DNA of 63,973 nt, the filler included, from Pirum gemmata (taxonomy: Eukaryota): assembly GCA_002812295.1 (NCBI GenBank). It is 21 parts of 21 records of this genome, joined end to end, with 100 filler letters (N's around TTAATTAATTAA, not from the genome) between each part and the next. Parts side by side here need not be neighbours in the genome. Positions count along the whole stretch, not along the records: positions 1 to 2,832 come from PDIN01004322.1; positions 2,933 to 5,751 come from PDIN01004323.1; positions 5,852 to 8,708 come from PDIN01004324.1; positions 8,809 to 11,609 come from PDIN01004325.1; 17 more parts are not named here. The stretch is one strand, 5' to 3'. Each line of letters opens with the position of its first letter. Position 1 is the first letter of the stretch. Made by a program: the position numbers and the translations under genes. Positions 1 through 10,513 of this stretch are shown piece after piece. Below the pieces are notes generated by a model, which saw only the letters and a program-made list of their open reading frames with translations, did not search any database and was not told the DNA's origin.

Positions 1-46
1 GTTAGGGTTAGGGTTAGGGTTAGGGTTAAGGTTAGGATTTACTTAC

Positions 47-2715
47 GCAAATCCATTATCAATAATCTTTTGAATAAAATCAATGTTTTCTTGAACATAT
101 TCACTAACTCTTGTAATGCTATCAGGTGGTAAAACCTTTAAAAAATAAAATAAGTGAGATGGTAATAAAGATAAAAAAGCAATAAATAATAGAAAGTAAT
201 AAATTAACCAAAAAACAAATACAAAAATAAAAAGTAAAAATTAATAAATAACAAATAACAAATGACAGATAGTAAATAACAAACAACAAACAACAAACAA
301 CAAACAACAAACAACAAACAACAAACAACAAACAACAAACAACAAACAACAAACAACAAACAACAAACAACAAACAACAAACAACANNNNNNNNNNNNNN
401 NNNNNNNNNNNNNNNNNNNNNNNNNNNNNNNNNNNNNNNNNNNNNNNNNNNNNNNNNNNNNNNNNNNNNNNNNNNNNNNNNNNNNNNNNNNNNNNNNNNN
501 NNNNNNNNNNNNNNNNNNNNNNNNNNNNNNNNNNNNNNNNNNNNNNNNNNNAAACAACAAACAACAAATAACAAATAACAAATAACAAATAACAAATAAC
601 AAATAACAAATAACAAATAACAAATAACAAATAACAAATAACAAATAACAATTAACAAATAACAATTAACAAATAACAAATAACAAATAAAAAATAAAAA
701 AGAACAAATAACGAAAAGAACAAATAACGAAAAGAACAAATAACGAAAAGAACATACGTTCAGTTTATCTAAATCATCAAAAAAGTCTGCTTCCCAAAAT
801 CTTGAAAGTTTTTCGAAAATAGAAAGGTCGCGTAAACCTGATCCTAGCTATTATTAATACAAAAAAAAAAATAATAAGTTTCATAAACCAAAACAACCAG
901 AATAACTAAAACAAAATATTAACACAAATAAAATAAAAAATAAATTTCATAACCCAAACAACCAGAATAACTAAAACACTAACCATAAGACTAACACCTA
1001 TCATAATCCTAACCACTGCAACTCCAACTCCAACCTTAACCCTAACCCTAACGCCAACGCTAACCCTTACGCTAACGCTAACGCTTAACCTGACCCTGAC
1101 CCTAACGCTAAAGCTAACGCGCTAACCCTAACCCTAACCCTAACCCTAACCCTAACCCTAACCCTAACCCTAACCCTAACCCTAACCCTATTGTTTTTCT
1201 GTAACCATCGCCATAACACTAAAGCGTTATTAAAATAATGATCACCCACCCCCACCTACAGACAAATAAATTGATATCCTCTAACCTTATCCCTAACTAT
1301 TTAACTCTAACCGTAACCATAATCCGAACCTTAACCTTGACTCTTAACTCTAACTCTAACCCTAACTCTAACCCTAACCCTAACCCTAATCCTAACCCTA
1401 ACCCTAACCCTAACCCTAACCCTAACCCTAACCCTAACCCTAAACCTAAACGTATCCCTAACCCTGACCCTGACCCTAACCTTGACCCTAACCATAACCC
1501 TAACTCTAACCCCAACCCTAACCCTGACCCTAACCCTAACCCTGACCCTAACCCTAACCCTGACCCTAACCCTAACCCTAACCCCAAACCTAACCTTAAC
1601 CTTAACCGTACCGTAACGTGACATTTGAAAACTTAACAGCAATAAACAATGTAAATTACCTCTTTATCAAGCATATCCGAGAGCGGATCTTTAGCAGCAG
1701 TTAATAATTTTGAAACATCCTTTTCTCCCATTACGCTATTCACTTCGTCTTCATATAATATAAATATTATAATTAAATAAAGTGTGATTTTAGAAGAATA
1801 AACTTAACCTTAACAAAACAATGATATAAACACCAAAATATATACTAACCTTTAGCCTCAGCCTAAGCCTCAGCCTAAGCCTAAGCCTAAACCTTAACCT
1901 AAGCTTAAGCATAAGCCTAAGCCTTATCACAAGCCTAAGTCCAACCCTAACCCTAACCCTAACCCTAACCCTAACCCTAACCCTAACCCTAACCCGAACC
2001 CTAACCCTAACCCTAAACCTAAACGTATCCCTAACCCTGACCCTGACCCTAACCTTGACCCTAACCATAACCCTAACTCTAACCCCAACCCTAACCCTGA
2101 CCCTAACCCTAACCCTGACCCAGGAAAATAAATATTTACCAATACACCGTTGCATCATTTGTTGCTTAGCTTTTGTCTCTTCTTTTTGCATTTTTTCGCT
2201 ATATTTCTGGATCGCTTTATCAACGTCAGCTTTCACCTGTAGGATTAGGAGTTCGGATTAGGGTTAGGATTAGGATTGGGGTTGCAGGGTTAGGGTAAGG
2301 GTAAGTAAAGGTTAGGGTTAGGGCTAGGGTTAGGGTTAGGGTTAGGGTTAGGGTTAGGGTTATAGGGTTATAGGGCCAAGGTCAGTGTTGGGTTTAGGTT
2401 TAGGGTTAGGGGTAACAAAACGTAACAGTCAAAAACGACATTTTATAACACCAAATTTAACGTCAACCCCCCCCCCACCCTAACCCTAATACTACTAATA
2501 ATACAACAAATAAAAACCGTTAAAAATACAACCCAGTACCTTGTCCCATTCCTTAGCTTCAGGAACATACTGATCGAAAAGAAAATTTTTTCGAGCCCTT
2601 AAGATGATTTTATCTTCGATATCAGTGACGTTCATTACGTGATTTACATCATAACCGAAATAACTTTCAAAAATACGACGTAAAATATCAAAGGTCATAT
2701 ATGTACGAGCATGCC
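47..2715 (-). CDS. CARS: Cytosolic cysteinyl-tRNA synthetase, partial; exons 2715-2540, 2236-2140, 1748-1660, 847-758, 135-47
   Basis: Spliced at GT-AG sites with compatible phases: [42 protein letters not shown]...[11 protein letters not shown]...[13 protein letters not shown]...[22 protein letters not shown]...[29 protein letters not shown], matching eukaryotic CysRS motifs. Confidence 0.95.
255..752 (+). repeat. Intronic heptamer microsatellite (ACAAACA / ACAAATA)n with internal gap
   Basis: Direct inspection; lies between CARS exons. Confidence 0.9.
1005..1610 (+). repeat. Intronic telomere-like (CCCTAA)n arrays with variants
   Basis: CCCTAA, CCCTGA, CTCTAA and CGCTAA units inside CARS intron 848-1659. 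Confidence 0.92.
1850..2120 (+). repeat. Intronic GCCTAA/CCCTAA telomere-like array
   Basis: Inside CARS intron 1749-2139. Confidence 0.9.
2240..2415 (+). repeat. Intronic (TTAGGG)n array, opposite orientation to the arrays in neighbouring introns
   Basis: Inside CARS intron 2237-2539, next to the 3' splice site. Confidence 0.9.
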
Positions 2716-2832
2716 CTATAACAAATATTATTTTAAAAATTAGGTTAGGGTTAGGGTTAGGGTTAGGGTCAGGGTTAGGGTTAGGGCTAGAGTTAGAGTT
2801 AGAGTTAGGGTAATAACAACAATAATAATAAT

Positions 2833-2932
2833 NNNNNNNNNNNNNNNNNNNNNNNNNNNNNNNNNNNNNNNNNNNNTTAATTAATTAANNNNNNNNNNNN
2901 NNNNNNNNNNNNNNNNNNNNNNNNNNNNNNNN
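2833..2932. other. Artificial contig-joining linker N44-TTAATTAATTAA-N44 (first of 20; others start at 5752, 8709, 11610, 15588, 18525, 21502, 24421, 27364, 30299, 33249, 36206, 40405, 43376, 46292, 49262, 52217, 55142, 58112, 61060)
   Basis: Identical 100-bp spacer carrying six-frame stop codons, recurring about every 2.9 kb; flanking sequences are unrelated. Confidence 0.98.
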
Positions 2933-2968
<36 letters not shown>

Positions 2969-3220
2969 CCATAGCTACAGACATTGCCGCAAACCCAGCA
3001 CAGGTACCCAAAGCAGCCCTACCACCCATCCTATAACCAAGGGCTGCGCCGGTAATGCAGCCACCGTAAACAATATTCTTTTCGTCAGTTCTCCCCCTAT
3101 AAGTTTCTACAGCACAATCAACTGAACTAATAACAATACCGAAAAGAGCAAAATTTTTGCCTGTAGATTTCATTCGAACCCAAGTGTCTTTTAATACTTT
3201 AGTCATAGAAGTGTTTTCTC
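2969..3220 (-). CDS. TIM22: Mitochondrial inner membrane translocase Tim22, internal exon
   Basis: KNFALFGIVISSVDCAVETYRGRTDEKNIVYGGCITGAALGYRMGGRAALGTCAGFAAMS matches the Tim17/22/23 family with Tim22-type C..E.YRG..D.KN...GCITG; flanked by tag| and |gta splice sites. Confidence 0.85.
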
Positions 3221-3239
3221 CTACATATGATTTTGATTT

Positions 3240-3589
3240 AGTTGTTAGTTTTGTTGTTGGTTTTGTTGCTGGTTGGTTGTTGGTTGGTTGTTGGTGGTTT
3301 TGTTGGTTTTGTTGGCTGTTGGCTGTTGTTGTTTTGTTGGTTGTTGTTGGTTGTTGTTGTTTTGTTGGTTGTTGTTGGTTGTTGTTGGTTCTTGTTGGTT
3401 TTGTTGGTTTTGTTGGTTCTTGTTGGTTTTGTTGGTTGTTGGTTGTTGTTGGTTTTGTTGTTGGTTGTTGTTGGTTGTTAGTTGTTGGTTGTTGGTTGTT
3501 GGTTGTTGGTTGTTGGTTGTTGTTGGTTGTTGTTGGTTGTTGTTGGTTGTTGGTTGTTGGTTGTTGTTATTGTTGTTATTGTTGTTGTT

Positions 3590-3624
<35 letters not shown>

Positions 3625-3985
3625 GTTTGTTGTTNGTTGTGTTTGTTGTGTTTGTTGTGTTTGTTGTGTTTGTTGTGTTTGTTGTGTTTGTTGTGTTTGT
3701 TGTGTTTGTTGTATTTGTTGTGTTTGTTGTGTTTGTTGTGTTTGTTGTGTTTGTTGTGTTTGTTGTGTTTGTTGTGTTTGTTGTGTTTGTTGTGTTGTTG
3801 TGTTTGTTGTGTTTGTTGTGTTTGTTGTGTTTGTTGTGTTTGCTGTGTTTGTTGTGTTTGTTTGCTGCTGTTGTTAACGTTGTTGTTGTTGTTGTTGTTA
3901 TTTTTTGTTGTTGTACATGTTGTTGCTATTTTTGTTGTTGTTGTTGTTGTTGTTGTTGCTGTTGTGGTTGTTTTTGTTGTCTGTT
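3240..3985 (+). repeat. GTT/TTG-rich compound microsatellite with a single-N join at 3635
   Basis: Direct inspection. Confidence 0.9.
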
Positions 3986-4120
3986 GTCTTGAACGAAACA
4001 AAATAAAACGCTTTTGATTAAACTTTGAATAATTAATGTTTTCTCAGGTGAAAAGCAATAATGAACAGTATGGTGTTGCAGGGAAGAATATTAAATTTTC
4101 TGCATTTTATATAGAATTAC

Positions 4121-5464
4121 CTTTTGGTTTCCCAGTGCTACCGCTAGTGTAGATAATATAAGCTAAATCCGTCGAATATGTAGAATCGCTGTCGGCATTG
4201 TTTATTATGGAGTCACACGTTGTCAACTCAACTAATTCGCCAACGTCGTTAATGACTAAAGTTGTAGAAGTGGGGTTGAAGTCGCTGGTTTTTGATTCTC
4301 TTTGCTTTTCGTCAATTAAAAGAAACTGGGCTTGACAATCATTGAAAATGTACCTTTTCCTTTCTTCGGGATAATGTGGATCGACTCTGGGGTGGGGATG
4401 GATGGGATAAAGAATCAATTAAAAAATTCATCGATGTTTTGAGTAAAATAGCAATAATAATTATAGATCAACTTCAAACGACATCATTCAATCATCAATC
4501 ACATTCCCTCCTATCATCAATCATCAATCAATACCAACGCTCATTAATTACATTTACTCCCATCGATATCATATCACCAATCAATCAATCAACCACTGTT
4601 TTAATTAAATAGTAATCGTATATCAAGTTCAAAAGACATCAATCATTAATCATCATCACTCACATTCACTCCCATCAATAATAATTACCAATCAACGTCA
4701 AAGTAAATCAATCACATTCACTCCCATGTAACCATCACTAATCAGCGTCAAAGCACATCAATCACATTCACTCCCATCGATATATACAATCACCACTCAA
4801 CAATCAACATCAAACCCCACATCATCATATAATAATTTATACATACAATAGCTATATAATTATATTTTAAAATTAAAATTATATAAGTTTTATACATTAC
4901 ACATCAATCACATTCACTCCCATCGATAACAATCACCAATCAACGTCAAAGCACAGCAATCACATCACTCCCATCGATAACAATCACCAGTCAACGTCAA
5001 AGCACATCAATCCCATTCACCCCCATCGATATATACAATCACCACTCAACAATCAACATCAAACCCCGCATCATCATATAATAATTTATACATACAATAG
5101 CTATATAATTATATTTTAAAATTAAAATTATATAAGTTTTATACATTACATTATATATTAATATAAGTATTATTATTATTAATTAATTCACTTACGGAAC
5201 ATAACAACCACCTGCTTTCCACACCGCCAACAAAGCAATGACAAGGCCATGATGACGCTCGACGATAACACAAACACGCTGTCCCTTAAGGTTATTCCCA
5301 CCGTTAGCTTCTACCAATTTAGTCGCTAATTTAGTTATGGCTTGGTGTAAGTGAGCATAACTCAGTGTGTTATTCTCGTAAGTTAAAGCTGGAGCGGAAG
5401 GTGTTTGAATACAAATCTCTTGAATTCGATTCCAAATATTAATGCTTACCATCGCGAGTTCCAT
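4121..5464 (-). CDS. NRPS-type amino-acid adenylation domain, N-terminal part; exons 5464-5196 and 4386-4121
   Basis: A1 LSYAHL, A2 WKAGGCYVP|VDPHYPEER (phase-2 splice rebuilds YVPVDP), A3 LAYIIYTSGSTGKPKG. Confidence 0.9.
4480..5150 (+). repeat. Intronic ~48-bp minisatellite (aatcaccaatcaacgtcaaagcacatcaatcacattcactcccatcgat) plus a duplicated ~160-bp block
   Basis: Repeated units; block ~4741-4900 recurs at ~4990-5150. Confidence 0.8.
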
Positions 5465-6631
5465 AAAACACAACTTTAATTATTTCACTACATTTTTTTT
5501 TTAATTAAAAAGAATTAAAATTAAAATATAATCTGAATTAATAATAATCACTAACAATCATACTAATGATTATTAAAAAATCGGTTTTTAAAATTGCTTC
5601 AAAAATAAGTAAAAAAATATTAATACTATACGTACACACAAAAAAAAAACCATACGCAAACATACGCGAAGCAAAAAGCATTTATCTATAACACAACAAT
5701 GTTTTAAAAGCCAAAACAACAACAAACAACAACAACAAACAACAAACAACANNNNNNNNNNNNNNNNNNNNNNNNNNNNNNNNNNNNNNNNNNNNTTAAT
5801 TAATTAANNNNNNNNNNNNNNNNNNNNNNNNNNNNNNNNNNNNNNNNNNNNGTCTATGTGCATATTATTTGGTGGTGGGGGGGGGGGCAGTGAGTGCTTC
5901 AGCATATCGTTGAAAATCATGACAAATTTTAAACACGATAGAAAACATGAGCTTCGTTGTCGTTTCCCAATACTCGTTTCCCTATAATATAATAGCTAAT
6001 TATAGTTTATGATAATATTATCGATATAATTTACTACTATAGCTAGACAGAAGCCAGTATTATAAGAGTTCAAAATAAAATTAAAATTTACAGGAATAGT
6101 GAAAGTTTAATTAATATTATGAATTATTATTAATATAAATTTAAATCTGCCATAAATAGGGTAGATAGATATAAATAATTTGATTCTCATAACTTATTAA
6201 AAAAATACAAATTTGTTTTTTTTTTAAAAAATATTATATTAATCATACAACAACAAAGAATGTTTTGAAAGTTTAAATTTTGGGTTTTCACACTGTTTTC
6301 ACATTTTTTGATGTTCTTTTTACGATCTCTTTTTACTAAATATCAGTGATAATCTCTCTCTGAAAATGAAAATGAAGACACAAGCTTTTTAAAAGTAAGT
6401 TTGAAGTAACCCACAGAATAACCCCACAGGGTCCTAAATATTTCTTGACAACTATTGAAAAACACGATAGCGGGTCTATAGACTTAGGTCTAGGGTTAGG
6501 GTTAGGGTTAGGGTTAGGGTTAGGGTTAGGTATCTCAATATTATATATAATATCAGATATTATATATATCAATATTAATATATTATTTATTATAAATAAT
6601 CATAGATACTATCGATATAATCGTGTACTAT

Positions 6632-6883
6632 GGGAGCGTTCAATAATTACGTAACGCTGGGGGTAGGTAGGGGGGGGTCAGATTTTTGTGACAGGCCGTG
6701 ACGCAGTAGGGGGGGTAGGTTTTCGTAATATGACATAACGCAAAAATTTAGGGTACTATTTTTTCCAAATCGTTACGTCATAAGGGGTAGGTAGTCCTTC
6801 TCAAACGTGACAGGCCGTTACATGGGGGGTAGTAGGGTAGGTTTTTTTCCCAAATCCGCGTTACGTAATTATTGAACGCTCCC
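6632..6883. mobile_element. MITE family A (PIF/Harbinger-like), 252 bp
   Basis: Perfect 26-bp TIR gggagcgttcaataattacgtaacgc / gcgttacgtaattattgaacgctccc; TAT on both flanks (3-bp TSD). Confidence 0.85.
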
Positions 6884-7631
6884 TATCCTAATAATAATAA
6901 TAATATCATAAAATATACAAAAAAGAGTACCAAATTAATACAATAAAAATCTGTTTCATTATTTATTTGGTACACTTTATTATCTATTTATTCATTTAAA
7001 AATGGCAATTTAAATATTATAAGTTATAACCAACCAAATAAATATTCTGAGTGACAATAAAAATGAAAAGCACAATATATTTATTATATAATATGTATCA
7101 GTATAATATATCGAATGCTTCAAAAAAAAACTTTTGTTCATATAATGACTTTCCAATGGTAAATTTTCAAAAGCTAAAAGAATATGAATTGAATTATATG
7201 GAAAAAGTTAATAATTACACTGAGTCTAAAGCAGTATATAGTCCTGTGATAGCAAAATTGAATAAAACTGTAGAAGTCAATTAATGCTAACCTGTATGAT
7301 AATGCAAGGACTTCAAAAAAGAAACCTTTTGAAGTGCTTGGATAATACTATAAAAATAAAGAAAAATAATGCTATTGATAGTCAAATAATTATTATTTTT
7401 AAAAAAACTAGCCATTGGTTCATAATACTGTAGATATAAATAAAACTCTTTGACTCTTTCAGAGTCTTTCTTTTTTGGAAGTCTCGACTCTCAACTCTCA
7501 AACTCAAAAGCATTTCTAAATACTGTCTTTCATTTTTAGTAACTTTATTACTAAACTTTAACCTCTTGTTACTATTTTTAAATTTTATTTCTTATTTTAG
7601 AATCCTGTAGACCCTATATATAGTATGTTCC

Positions 7632-7811
7632 GTGTTTTTCAGTTGTTTTGTCATCATAAGATATACAATAAAGAATACCAAATTAATACAATACAATCCA
7701 TTTTATTTAATTTGGTATATTTTATAATATAATTATTAATTTTAAAGTATCAATTTAAATATTATAACCAACAAAATAAATATTCAGAATGACAAAATAA
7801 ATGAAAAGCAC
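7632..7811 (+). mobile_element. MITE family B, ~180 bp (further copies ~6906-7073, 8620-8708 minus, 22972-23155, 26341-26575 minus, 28983-29165, 29171-29350, 30171-30232)
   Basis: ~22-bp imperfect TIR gtgcttttcagttgttttgtca / tgacaaaataaatgaaaagcac; shared internal sequence in 4 contigs. Confidence 0.85.
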
Positions 7812-8936
7812 CATAACTCCTAAATATAGTATATCTAGGTATATATTGCACCACTAAGCTAGCTAGTGCACCAAAACAAAGCCAAAACAAACTTTTTTTT
7901 TAGAATGAATTTTTTTTTGGAAGTTTTTTTCTATATATGGAAAAATATTATTTTCATATTTGAAACAATTTTTTTTTTAACTACCAAGCAGTATGAGCTC
8001 AAAATCAAAAATCTCAAGCTAGTTTTTTTTTTTTTTTTCCCATAGTAAAAAAAGGTAAAAAAAGTAGCTCGAGCTAAAAAGAGATTTATTTTACAGTGAG
8101 TTTACACTGTTTACACTTTACACTGAGTTTACCAGGTAATAAATAATTTTTTTTTATGATTGAACAGTATTTGAACAGTATTTACTTACCTTAATATTTT
8201 TTATCTGAAATTTTATTATTATTACGACAACTATTACGAGTCTTTACGACATCGTGCAGAGTAATATGTAAATTCCTGTAAATAATTGTGTATAGATAGT
8301 TGTATAGATACTATAGAGTCAATAGACTGAGATTATATATAGACTATATGATGCTAAACTCCAAATGGAGTCTTTGTGAACTCAAAACTTGAGTGACAAA
8401 ACGTGTGTAAAAAGAGTGTAAAAAGTGTTAACAAAAAATCTTTGAAGTTTGAACATCTCGAAAAGAATGAGTCAAGAAAATTCCTTCAGACCCTAACCCT
8501 AACCCTAACCCTAACCCTAACCACCCTAACCCTAACCCTAACCCTAACACCCAACCCCTAAGTCAGTCTAATAAAAAAAAAACCTACCTACAGTTAAGTT
8601 TTTTTCTTGCAGTTTTTTTTTGTCACTCCGAATATTTGTTTGGTTGTTTATAATATTTAAATTGATACTTTTAAATAAATGAATATTTAATAAAATATAC
8701 CAAATTAANNNNNNNNNNNNNNNNNNNNNNNNNNNNNNNNNNNNNNNNNNNNTTAATTAATTAANNNNNNNNNNNNNNNNNNNNNNNNNNNNNNNNNNNN
8801 NNNNNNNNCGAACAACATTTACTTTGTGCCTCGGTCAAAAAAGTTCGCCATAAGAGTTCTCACCCCTCCTAACCCAATCTAGTGCATTCTAGTGCCTAGC
8901 TACTGTGCCTAGCTAGAGTCTAGCTAGCACTATAAC

Positions 8937-9192
8937 AGTAGGGTGAGATGACGTCATTTTATTATTACCGAGCAGCAGCCGGAACTTTTCCGATTTTATG
9001 GGTTTATTACTATTAATGTCAATATTATTACGTTAATTGGTATCTGCTAAATTAAATTTACTATTTAAAGTCATTTAACTGCTATTATTAGTAAGAAACA
9101 CGGAACTAAGGTTGGCTCGATAAGCATCTGTTCGAAAAAAGTTTCAGTATCGAATCTACTATCGATAGGATCATATCTCACTCACCCTTACT
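8937..9192 (+). mobile_element. MITE family C (other copies 9575-9782 minus and 29569-29799 plus)
   Basis: Termini agtag(g)ggtgagat / ctcacc(c/t)tact; conserved internal taaggttggctcgataagcatctgttcg; ctataac repeated on both flanks. Confidence 0.8.
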
Positions 9193-9574
9193 CTATAACC
9201 TAATCCAAAAAAATTACGAAGTGACGTCATCCGGTATCCGCTCTGCTGGCTGAACTAATCCACTTTAGCCTAATATAAGAGTAATAACTTTCATTAGTCA
9301 TTACAATCTTACAAAGTTATATATAATTTGTACACGCGAATAAAAATCCTGAATAAAAAATTAGAATATATTTTTGTTTGTCTGGAAAATTAGTGTGAAA
9401 TATGAATGGCCAAAAAATAAATTTTTTAAAAAGGAATCTAAAATATTTTGAGAAAGGATGACCAATATAAAAAGAGTAAAAAAAGTATATAAAAGTACTG
9501 TTCATAAGTTGTTCATATTTTTCTCAGACAGTTTTCAGTTCAGTTTTCTCAATACACTTATCAGAGTAGTATCA

Positions 9575-9782
9575 GAACTTTTTTCGAACAGATGCTTATC
9601 GAGCCAACCTTAGTTCCGTGTTTCTTATTAATAATAGCAGTTAAATAGCTTAAAATAGTGAATATAATTATAATAGATACCAATTAAAGTAATGATATGA
9701 ACATTAATAGTAATAAACCATAAATCGGAAAAGTTCTGGTAGCTGTTCAGTAATAATAAAATGACGTCATCTCACCCCTACT
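9575..9782 (-). mobile_element. MITE family C copy, inverted relative to 8937-9192
   Basis: Reverse complement of family C over ~200 bp. Confidence 0.8.
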
Positions 9783-9849
9783 TATCAGAGTCATCAGACA
9801 GTTATCAAACAAACTAGCTAGTAGTCTAAGCTATTGATAGCTTTAAATA

Positions 9850-9971
9850 GGGAACATTCATAAAGAACATCACTTATTCTTTTGACTTAAAAACTGTTTT
9901 AGGCAGTAATTAAAATAAACTTTAAAATTATGACCAAAACTGTTTTGGTCAAAGAGGCATAGGTAAGATTA
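9850..9971 (-). repeat. Dispersed repeat family D (second copy 29393-29545 plus)
   Basis: Reverse complement aligns with 29393-29545 (cctctttg.ccaaaaca.ttttggtcataat...aaagaataagtga...atgttccc). Confidence 0.7.
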
Positions 9972-10288
9972 TATTATCATAAATGTATCATATTATGATA
10001 GACTATAATAATGATTCCTTAGGTAGATAGGAGGTTCTGATACTGTTTTGATATATTTTGATATAGTCTGGTAGTCAAGACTATGATAACGTATGGTATG
10101 AGATAATACTCCTTGAATTTTTTCTAAAACAACTAGCCAAATTATTATTAAAAAATGACCATTGGTGCATAATAAAGTTTTCTTAGTTAAACGATTTCTA
10201 AAACTTGGATAGTACTTTTTATTAAATTGGAACAATTTAAAAGTCAGGAATTTCCCTGTATAATATTATAGATAATATTATGTAGACA

Positions 10289-10513
10289 GGAGGGGTGAGA
10301 ACTCTTATGGCGAACTTTTTTGACCGAGGCATGTTGTTCGCCTGTTTCGCCTTACCATATTTAGTATTTGTAATTATTTATTTAGTAACTACCTATTTAA
10401 GTAGTTACTTTAAAAAGAGTTTATTATACTATTTATAGTAACTTTAGGCAAATTTCTGGAAGTTCGCCGGTCCGAGCATCCAATTGGTAAGATGACGTCA
10501 TCTCATCCCTCCT
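10289..10513 (+). mobile_element. MITE family E, termini related to family C (partial inverted copy at 8809-8870)
   Basis: Termini aggaggggtgaga / tctcatccctcct; first ~50 bp match the reverse complement of 8809-8870. Confidence 0.7.

Noticed and set aside
2877..2888. TTAATTAATTAA recurring every ~2.9 kb as a biological motif
   Set aside because: Always centred in exactly 44+44 Ns; it is an assembly linker with six-frame stops
122..4017. Long ORFs such as 122-739, 1238-1621, 3157-4017 and similar ones at 21546-22093, 38858-39637, 39931-40239
   Set aside because: Translations of microsatellites, telomeric repeats or N gaps with no coding signal
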